Source: Eledone cirrhosa
Taxonomy: Eukaryota
Assembly: GCA_964016885.1 (NCBI GenBank)
Contig: OZ024740.1
Coordinates: 232,004,001-232,068,000 of the forward strand
Length of the DNA stretch: 64,000 nt
Reading direction: 5' to 3'
Of the stretch, positions 51,819 through 64,000 are shown one piece after another. Made by a program: the position numbers and the translations under genes. Within the stretch, counting starts at the first letter, position 1; the number at the start of each line of letters is the position of its first letter. The notes under the pieces are model-generated. The model was not told the origin of the DNA and ran no database searches. It saw nothing but the letters and a program-made list of their open reading frames with translations.

Positions 51819-51980
51819 AAAGTTCTATTTAAATTGTTGGGATACAACAAGCAAATATTTTTATAACTGATATAAAGCACTCAACAAGTATTTGGAGTAG
51901 ATATACGATATTAACAAATGGAAACTATATTTATAAAACCATATCTATTTTATTATACATATTTCAAGGATCCCATGTTA
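51815..51980. repeat. unclassified dispersed repeat adjoining (TA)n
   Basis: Second copy at 56466-56630. Confidence 0.75.
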
Positions 51981-52149
51981 AATTATGGTATGCTTTCATC
52001 AGACAAAATACAATATATATCCAGTTTTATAAATAAATATTGACATACCCTTACAAAATGCAACCGTTACTTATATATATCCCGATGTCTTCCATATATA
52101 TATATATATAAAACCAGAATCAGCCACAAAGTTATATATATATATATCC

Positions 52150-52237
<88 letters not shown>

Positions 52238-52294
52238 CTCTCTCTCTCTCTGTCTATCTGTCTCTCTGTCTCTCTCTCTCTCTCTATCTCTCTA

Positions 52295-52336
<42 letters not shown>

Positions 52337-52337
52337 T

Positions 52338-52521
<184 letters not shown>

Positions 52522-52552
52522 TTATATATATTTATATATATATATATATATA

Positions 52553-53248
52553 TAATAAAATATGGAGAAAAATACTGCAGGTAGCGCATGTAATAAAATG
52601 AGTCCCTCATCAGTGATTTGCCGACGATCATAGATATTTCATTGCATTAAAAATCATATACCTCACGTCGGTGCAATAATAACTAAAATAAGTTATTAGG
52701 ACAATTAAAACGCGTAAAGCGAGTGAGACAGGAGAACGACAAAGAGTATAGCTAACCGTAGGGGAATGAAACAAGCTTCATAATTATTCTGTTTAGCATA
52801 AGCTAGGTGAATATATGAGCGCTTTAGAAAAAAGACCTTACACGAACGATGGCCATGTGAGAAGAGAGAAAAATAGCCTTCGTGATGTACAGGATGAAAT
52901 GAAGAGAGAAGAAACAGTGAGTGAGTGAAAGTGTGAGGAAGAGTTAACTGACATGACAGAGGGGGTGAAAGAAGGTAGCAGAAACAGAGAGAATGGGGGA
53001 GCAGTAAGAGAGAGAGAGAGAAAAACACAGAATCGCAGTTTGGGTAAATATATGTAATAAAATATGGAGAAAAATACTGCAGCTAGCACATGGATAACAT
53101 GTAATAAAATGAGTCCCTCATCAGTGATTTGCCGACGATCATAGATATTTCATTGCATTAAAAATCATATACCTCACGTCGGTGCAATAATAACTAAAAT
53201 AAGTTATTAGGACAATTAAAACGCGTAAAGCGAGTGAGACAGGAGAAC

Positions 53249-53251
<3 letters not shown>
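52553..53251. repeat. about 190-bp direct repeats (52553-52740, 53055-53251) within (TA)n, possible PLE pLTR pair
   Basis: Near-identical repeats. The minus strand has CACTGATGAGGGAC without a partner GAAA. Confidence 0.7.
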
Positions 53252-53306
<55 letters not shown>

Positions 53307-53699
53307 AATGGAAAAAATGAAACGAAATTTCATTTCTCCCTCTTAGTACGGCAGTTACTTAAATATAAGTATGTATACGTACATACATATATGTGTACAG
53401 ACGTACAGTAGTATGTATATATATACATACATGCACACATATATGTATATATGTACGTATGGATTCACTGAACATTTATTATAATGCTCGGTTTGTTTGT
53501 AAACAAACATCAAGAATTAAGCCGTAGTGTCTAGCAACCATCGTTGCCCTTTTGTTCAACACTGACATAGGAACGATGTACTAGTTTCAAGCATATTAGC
53601 TATCGTCAGCACCGTATACCTTCGTGCCAGATTGTTGAACGTCTGAAAGTATATCCTTTCCTTATGCATATTAACTGCTGTTGGTGTATAAGACGGCTG

Positions 53700-54432
<733 letters not shown>

Positions 54433-54434
54433 GG

Positions 54435-54490
<56 letters not shown>

Positions 54491-54631
54491 GTAGATATAT
54501 GTTGGTTTTATTGTTCGGAGATTGATAAATACATGTGTTGATAGAGGGTAGGGAATGAAATATGAATTTACCGTTTCCCAAACAAATCTAGCATAAATTG
54601 GTTGCCACTTGACACTCGTCATTTATTATCA

Positions 54632-54693
<62 letters not shown>

Positions 54694-54695
<2 letters not shown>

Positions 54696-54881
54696 CGAAG
54701 GGAATGTGGTAAGGAACCAGGTGGACCATAACGCACCAAAGTACTCAATACTTAGGGTAGTAGAGTGGGTAATAGGAACCAGTAAGACCCCGACGGCTGA
54801 GCTCAAGCCGTTTCGACGGCTAATTCTCTGAGAATTAGCCGTCGAAACGGCTTGAGCTCAGCCGTCGGGGTCTTACTGGTT

Positions 54882-54886
<5 letters not shown>
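54694..54886 (-). mobile_element. PLE-type pLTR fragment with 115-bp fold-back palindrome, within (TA)n
   Basis: 54772-54886 is an essentially perfect palindrome. The tail is homologous to 17859-17940. Confidence 0.75.
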
Positions 54887-54969
<83 letters not shown>

Positions 54970-55119
54970 GACACAAACACACATACATATATGACTACAT
55001 TCCACTATAGCTGAACGACGTCAGTGCGTTTTTAATATGTTTATGACAATACTAAGGGGGCATTGAATGTCAATATATGAATATATCTGCGCATACGTAG
55101 ACAAGGAATACAACGAGGC

Positions 55120-55180
<61 letters not shown>

Positions 55181-55190
55181 TATATAAACA

Positions 55191-55252
<62 letters not shown>

Positions 55253-55290
55253 CATATATACATATATACATATATACATATATATATATA

Positions 55291-55360
<70 letters not shown>

Positions 55361-55384
55361 TATATTTATATGTATATATATATG

Positions 55385-55472
<88 letters not shown>

Positions 55473-55656
55473 CATATATACCAATTAATCATATTTGAAA
55501 ATACAAACTTATGTAACTACAGACAAGGAATAAAACGCCACCATTGTGTAAATTATACATGTGCGCAACACATGTTACTACTGGTTCATCCTGACATGTA
55601 CAAACATCTGCATGAAGTACCACTTGTATTGCTTTTCATGCATATGTCTCCCTCTT

Positions 55657-55748
<92 letters not shown>

Positions 55749-55803
55749 TATATATTTATATATATATATCTTTCTATTTATATCTCCTTCTCCCCCACAC
55801 TCT

Positions 55804-55884
<81 letters not shown>

Positions 55885-55887
55885 GAT

Positions 55888-55925
<38 letters not shown>

Positions 55926-56077
55926 TTGTGTGTGTTGAATATTGCAAACTTGACTGTCACCACTGAATATGAACCTGAAGATTGCGAAAGCATGAAAGAA
56001 CTTGTTCAATTAACACTTAACACATTTAATATTCTACCATACTATTTCATTATAATATCCTTATAATTTTAAAGGAT

Positions 56078-56116
<39 letters not shown>

Positions 56117-56179
56117 GTGTGTGCGTGTGTGTGTGTGTGCGCACGCGTGTGTGTGTGTGTGCGTGTGTGTGTGTGTGTG

Positions 56180-56228
<49 letters not shown>

Positions 56229-56321
56229 ATGATGGTTGAATTACTCAATACATATAGAGAGTCTGCAGTGTTGAAACCGACAAGACCCACTAATCACGTG
56301 AGTAATCACGCCATGGAGAGA

Positions 56322-56382
<61 letters not shown>

Positions 56383-56628
56383 TCTTTTACTCTTTTACCC
56401 GTTCAAGCCATCCGGCTGAGGCCATGCTGGGGCATCACCGTTTTATATATATATATATATATATATGCAAAAGTTCTATTTAAAGTTGTTGGGATACAAC
56501 AAGTAAATATTTTTATAACTGATATAAAGCACTCGACAAACATTTGGAGTAGATATGCGATATTAATAAATGGAAACTATATTTATAAAACCATATTTAT
56601 TTCATTATACATATTTCAGGGATACCAC

Positions 56629-56692
<64 letters not shown>

Positions 56693-56696
56693 GCCG

Positions 56697-57098
<402 letters not shown>

Positions 57099-57403
57099 GC
57101 CAAAATATATCGCAACATGATGGTAATCCAATTGTTTAGTCCAAGCTGTAAAGAAATGCAAGATTTAAAGTTCTCCGAGGTTCGAGCATTAGTGGTAGGC
57201 TGTGTTTACTGTATACCTAATATAAAGTGGTAGGCTGTGTTTACTGTATATAATAGTACATATACCTAATATAAAGGTGAGGATAAGATAGGTGTGGAAT
57301 GTTTAGTATTCTAATCTACTGAGTTATTTTTCTCTTTCTTATGAATGTACTCGTAATGTATTAAACCTCTATACACGCATGCATAACTACAATCACTTTC
57401 GTG

Positions 57404-57434
<31 letters not shown>

Positions 57435-57444
57435 ACATACACAT

Positions 57445-57505
<61 letters not shown>

Positions 57506-58218
57506 CGCGCGTGCATATATATATATGTATGTTTTACATCTGTTCCAATCAATATTTTGTATCAACTCCATATGTTCTCGGCAGGCGCCTGCAGACATAT
57601 AAACATTCTTACTGATACTCACATAGGCATATACACACACATCGACACACACAGGCACACCCATAGAAGCAAACACGCACGGGCGCGTGGGTATACAGTT
57701 TAAAGATGTGTTACCCGTATTTCACACTATATCTGTGTATCTATATTTATATGTGTCTTACTGACATAAGATATACTCACATGCGTACGTATGTTTGTTA
57801 CTGATGTAAGATATACTCACGTAACACATCTTTAAAATATAATTGCACACAGGTGTGATCAATTTAGAGGTCTATGTTAGAGTTTTAAGTGAATGGAAGA
57901 TCACCCACGCAGCCAACCTTGGAGTGACCTTTGCTTTGAACCGGAAATTATTCATGAAGCAATAAAAACAGTTTAGACACACTGTTCTTAGAATACGGTA
58001 TCAGTCTGCCGCACTTCATCACTCTTTTGTGTTGTTTGTGAAGATGTTACTAGCTGTAATTCTCATCAATCGACGGTCGGTTACAAGGAATATTTTACTG
58101 CCATGTTTCTGCTCATTAAATGAAAATATACTGCCATATAGATGGAACGGTGACTAGTTGTAGATGGGGAACTAAACATATATTTAATAAATGGTGTCAT
58201 AGCTAGCTAGCTATCTAT

Positions 58219-58302
<84 letters not shown>

Positions 58303-58304
<2 letters not shown>

Positions 58305-58496
58305 TTATTTGCCACACGGGCGCACAAGAAAAGGGGACAAACCAAAGACACATGGCGGTGAGTTTACATACAGTCGTGTAAAAATATTGAAACAAACAAT
58401 TATAACAATTATAACAATCGAAATCCTCAATAAAGGGGAGGCGCTACAAATGGGTTGTTTAATACCCCTTCCATACAACAACCCTCAACTTCAGGA
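58303..58496 (-). mobile_element. Tx1-type copy F, 3' UTR only
   Basis: Homologous to 37620-37805, with (ATAG)n on both sides. Confidence 0.8.
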
Positions 58497-59067
58497 GATA
58501 GATACATAGGTGGATAGATAAAAGGATGATAGTTAGTTATCTAATTAGTTAGGTTTAGTTACCCAGCTAGATATATTAATAGTTCAATGAATATATAGAT
58601 AAACATATGGATAGTTACGTATGTGTAATTAGAAAGTTATAAAGAGAATTTTATGGGATATACACTTGCTCATTAAAATATAACATATAGCTATAGATAG
58701 GATGGTTGTCAAAGTTTCGGCCGCCCTCTGTTCAACAGATTATTAGATACTTAGGGTACTAGAGTGTGTCTGGGAATTAGCTGTCGAAACGGCAACAGCT
58801 CAGAGCAGCCGTCGGCCCCCGATTATTTCTATTATTACAACAATATGACCCTCCCCAAGTATAGCAATATATATATATATATATATACGGGTTAGGAGGC
58901 GAGGTTCTGTGGTTACTGAAAACGAAGTGTTAGATGGTAATCTGGACATAAACTAGAGAAGAAAAGTCTCCCTTTGTCAGCTGTTTACTACGTTGCTTGG
59001 ATGTTTCGGTGCTTAAAACAGGACATCGATCCGTAGCGCGCCCATGGGCTTTTATCTATCAAACGGG

Positions 59068-59099
<32 letters not shown>

Positions 59100-59206
59100 C
59101 ATCCATAACATCTCTGTCTAACGACCGAACCAGACGTATATTATGATTGTTTGGGATCCAGAAACCTCTGGTAATGGAGTAGTTATATTTTGTGTTGTTC
59201 ACTTTC

Positions 59207-59285
<79 letters not shown>

Positions 59286-59384
59286 ATGTGTGTGTGTGTG
59301 TGTGTGTGTGTACGTGTGTGTGTGTCTGTTTGTGTGTGTGTGTGTGTACGTGTGTGTGTGTGAGCGTGAGACAGAGTGAAAGAG

Positions 59385-59700
59385 TTGAAGATCTCAGTGC
59401 ACATTGCTTCCATTTAAGGTCAGCTGTCGTGGATCTGCAGGTAGATCCACTACGTCCTACCTGGTTGGCGTTGGGCTTGGAATGGAAAGTAGAGTGTGGT
59501 TTCAAGAACTGGAGAAGCCGGTTTGAAACGACTCCATTATGGATATAGCAAAAGTATGCACTCAATTGGTGGGTCTGCTTCTTGTAAGGTTGAGTCATTG
59601 TATACATCAAAAGTCTACATCTTATCCGATAACACTTTGTATCTTTACCAGTAAAATAATCGTCCTTGTATAGAATACAGATGTCATATTTGGGCAGGTG
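59385..59700 (-). pseudogene. possible degraded LTR-retrotransposon integrase fragment
   Basis: VLSD ... THQLSAYFCYIHNGVVSNRLLQFLK loosely resembles SD.G...H..S..Y.P..NG.VER. Confidence 0.3.
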
Positions 59701-61264
59701 CACCATTTTTTCACTTGGATCTCCTCCACCGAGTTTAGAAGCGAATCTTTAACTTGATAGATCCCTTCCTTGCTTCAACTCTGCACCCCTTGTCACATCG
59801 ACGTGACATCACCAGTGTTAGTCTTTTCTTTCATTAATACCATAAGAAATACTCTCTTAAACTTTCCCTTTTGTGCTATCTCGCCTAACTTGAAACTCAA
59901 AGCGTCTTCATCCGGATGGTGCTGTAGTTTAACGAATAAGGAAGTCTTTCTACGGTCGTAGCTTTTTACATAAAACTGCCAGACTTTGGAAATCTCTTCC
60001 ATCTCATTGTTTTTCTCCTTTTTATGACCTGAACTTTTTCAAGTCTGAAGTAAATCCATTCCTTACGACCTAATGTCTCTTTCTTTTATAGTCCCTTACA
60101 CTTAGTGGTTTCATGCCTTATTTGTGAATTTCAAGAGAAATAAATAAAAGAATGGCTGCATATGAAGTAATGCAGCAATGAGTAAACAGAATAATTCCTG
60201 AATAATTGTAATGGTGACAAGAGCATCCCGATCCTGATATAGACAACTAAAGGAGAAATCCTGCTGTAGACTGGAACATAAAACCCAAACACATTCTGGT
60301 GCCGTTTGAGTAAGAGATACTGTCATGACGTGACTAAACCTTCGGGACATTCAGTCCACGGTTGATGAAGGAAATGTCACACAATGGAAGATTCATGGAA
60401 CATATATATAAGGAGGCACAATGCATATATATATATATATATATATAAAGCAAAGAGGGAAAACCGACATGCAATTACCGAGAAATAGACCATTGTCCCT
60501 AAAGGCAAATATCTTTATCTTTAGAAAAGAAGTGTATATGTGTCGATGTCTCCATTAATAAAAAGTCAACACTCTACATAGAACTTAACTAGGATTTCCT
60601 GAATGGATGTCTGTGACTATAAAAATCTCATTCTATCATCACTGTACACACACACACACATACAAAAAAAAAGAGATTTATATACGGAAGACATCAACGT
60701 AACGTGTAGAAGCCCGCACTATGCACAGACTTACACATGCAATTATGTGTGTGCATGTGTGTTGGCCTGTGTGTTCCTATTAGTATGTGTGTGTGTTTTT
60801 GTATGTATTTACATTTGTATCGGTGTCTTTGACGATATGATTGGCAGTATTATAATGGCAGTATTATAATGACTAAAACAATTATAATGACAGTATTAAA
60901 TTGGCAGTATTATAATGACTAAAACAATTGAAATAATATAAAAGTAAAATTACAGATGACATTTTCCACTAATCTATTCTAACACAATCACAGAATAAAG
61001 CACTATAAACAGGCTACTTAAGTAATTGTTAGTGACTAGGAATGAATAGGGGAGATAATTTGAAGCAATAAAAATGAATTTTCATGCTGAGATAACCTCA
61101 TCCCTGAAAGCTTTTTTATTTTATTTCCTAGATAATGCAATCATAGACACGTGTTTCTGTCTGTCCGTATGTACGTATGTATGTATGTATGTATGTATGT
61201 ATGTATGTATGTATGTATGTATGTATGTATGTATGTATGTATGTATGTATGTATGTATGTATGT

Positions 61265-61353
<89 letters not shown>

Positions 61354-61711
61354 AATATAAATTTAGCGAGAATCGCATTTCGGTGGGTAGAAATTAGCGA
61401 AACGCAACTTCCATATTGTGCAGAGAAGCGTTCCATGGATATGAAGAAGATACCAGAGCTATAAACATAAGTTTAAATGGTCATACACGCTGAGACGATG
61501 GTTAAGAAGCCATTAACCACCATAGCCAAAACAAAAAAGCGAACAAGCTAAACGGGTCAAACACAATGAGATATGATTGAAATAGTTACCCGGACCCTCG
61601 GGGGAAGATGGAATACTCCGAAATTGGATTTCTGCAACACCTAAATCAATAATACTGTCTGCTTATAAAAAATAAGCTTTTGGTTGTAATCATCGAAATA
61701 TATATATATGA

Positions 61712-61753
<42 letters not shown>

Positions 61754-62088
61754 TTCTTTAGCCGTTGCTCGCACCAACCAGAGGTATATGGTCTTTAAAG
61801 CGATGAAATACCAATGAAGGTTGGAAGATCACTGATGAAGGACTAACTTTATTCATATGTAACCCATTTGCAACCACGCAGCACGTTTGTTTATATATAT
61901 AATTATATATACACGCATATACGCATACATATATACGTATATACATATATATATATATATACATACATATATATGTGTCTATGTGTGTGTATGTATTTAT
62001 ACACATATATATATATATGTATATGCATCTGTATGTATGTATCTATTTATCTACCTGTCTCTCTCCCTCTTTCTCTCTCTATCTATCT

Positions 62089-62308
<220 letters not shown>

Positions 62309-63249
62309 CATGTGTGTAGAAACACACATGGTTATATAGTTATGTGCATTTGAAAAGAAATAAACCCCATATTAAAAGCAAACAAGAGATTCACTTTGAA
62401 TATTTGTTGTTGTTGCCGAGGTAATTGTGAACATTATTATTGTTCTGTCATTATTTTTCTATTTTGTTGTACATTCGTTACTTTTCTAGAATATTCTTTT
62501 GTTTGTTTGTTCGTTTGGTTGTTGTTGAAAAGCGAAGCTGTAAAGACAACAGCTGAAATCTTGGTCTCAAAACATGTGCATGTTTCACACGGCATTCTAC
62601 TCTTGTTGTTTTCTATGAGGTCCCTTAGGGACTAACTCAGTACCTTGATCACGTTCATCTTACACGAAACAATTATATCACAGTTTCTGGTTTCCTGTAT
62701 GTGAAAACATTTGTTTGCCACTGTTGCTGATGTTGTTGTTGTTGTTGTTGTTGTGGTAGTGGTGGTGATGGTGATAGTAGATGCTATTTGTGTGGATGGG
62801 GAACTAAGTATAGAGCACGGCATAAAAAGGGCTGGTGAGATACAAGTAACCCTAAAAATATGTGAACCAACAATACACAGGCATGGTAGTTTAGATTAAA
62901 AAGTATTCCACGCAACCTCGTGGTCCCGCGTTTCAACCTATTGTTTGCTGGTACCTTGAGCAAGTGATTTAACTACAGCCTCGATCCGAATAATGCCTTG
63001 TGGACGAATCTAGTTGACAAAAACAATAAAAAAGCATGTCTTATATACACACATACACACACGCACAGACACACCCACACCTATATATATATATTTTTTT
63101 TAAATTTTTTTTACGTATGTATGCATGTATGTTGTATATATATATACACAAATATCAAATGATTTCTGTGGAATTTATCTGAAGAGAACATGTTTTTGGC
63201 TTATGTTATACATCAGCCTTGCATCTTTGAAATACGTATAATAAAATAA

Positions 63250-63445
63250 ATTGCGATGGATTGGTAGTAAAGGTAGAGGGTCGGGCGCCATGCTTTGCAG
63301 CATACAGGTACGTACCTTTTCGATCTGAGTTCAAATCCCGTCAAGGTTAACTTTGCCTTTCATCCTTACAGGGTCGATAAAATAAAGTACCAGTCACGCA
63401 CTGGGTAATTGCTGGCCTTGTGCCGAAACTAGAAACAATTATTAT
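63250..63445 (+). mobile_element. SINE family B
   Basis: Matches the family B consensus end to end. Confidence 0.85.
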
Positions 63446-64000
63446 TGTATATATAGGTGTGTGTGTGTGTATCTGTGTATGTGTGTGTGTGTCTGCGTGT
63501 GTGTGTGTGTGTGTGAGTGTTGTGTGTGTGTGTTTGCGGGAGTGTGTCTCCATCTGCGTACATACTTTACTAAAGGCAACATGTGGCATATGACTAGTTA
63601 TAGATTATGTGCAGCAGTACTAAGCCATCCTCTTGTGGAGGGTTGAGAATATATAGACGGTACAAAGGCGAACATTGCAGTGGGCAGTAAGGCATGAAGT
63701 AGAGAACTGAACAAATATAGAGCCCAAGAAAAAGACCCAAACCTCACCCTTAGCCAAACTCTAATGGAAACGCCGAATGAGCAGAAGATCAAAAGGAATA
63801 CAGTATTGATTGCGCAGCAGAGGTCGGAGAGGTTTTATAGAACACAAAAAATAACAGACTATTTGTAAAAACATTATCAGACGTGTATATATAACAAATA
63901 GAACACTACCGACACGATGATAGAGGCGTCAATGTTCACACAATTTCGAGGTTGTCGTTTGTAAAAATTAATTTGAGCAGAAGTTAGTCGTAAATATGTA

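Noticed and set aside
59100-59180. Additional hammerhead (GAAACCtctGGTAatgga; similar partials near 24755 and 61829)
   Set aside because: Only one half of the core is recognisable.
59793-60002. 69-aa ORF as a host exon
   Set aside because: No recognisable domain or convincing splice context, and it lies next to probable decayed TE sequence.

Overview
This is an AT-rich, gene-free animal genomic window made of microsatellites and transposable-element remnants. Its tRNA-derived SINEs with CORE/V-like and Nin/Deu-like bodies suggest an octopod cephalopod (inference). No host exon could be supported, and most ORFs in the track are translated (TA)n, (CA)n, (GA)n or (TATG)n. Main contents: (1) five copies of an L1/Tx1-type APE-RT retrotransposon, all sitting in (TCTA)n with the same strand polarity, plus a sister copy ending in (ATT)n tail-to-tail with an R4/Dong-type RLE element; (2) many Penelope-like element (PLE) remnants (Naiad-like, KxEW/Hydra-like, Neptune-like), mostly joined to (TA)n, whose pLTRs carry several hammerhead ribozyme (HHR) variants with 61-105 nt stem II, U.U at the stem II base or a dimer-type stem III, plus fold-back palindromes; (3) CRE, RTE, mariner, pogo/Tigger, hAT-like and Helitron remnants and about 25 SINEs. 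Strongest leads: the (GATA)n-targeted Tx1 family, an identical -1 frame break shared by two diverged copies between EN and RT, splice-donor consensus sequences overlapping both ORF1 stop codons, and the long-stem-II hammerheads. All alignments and folds were done by eye.
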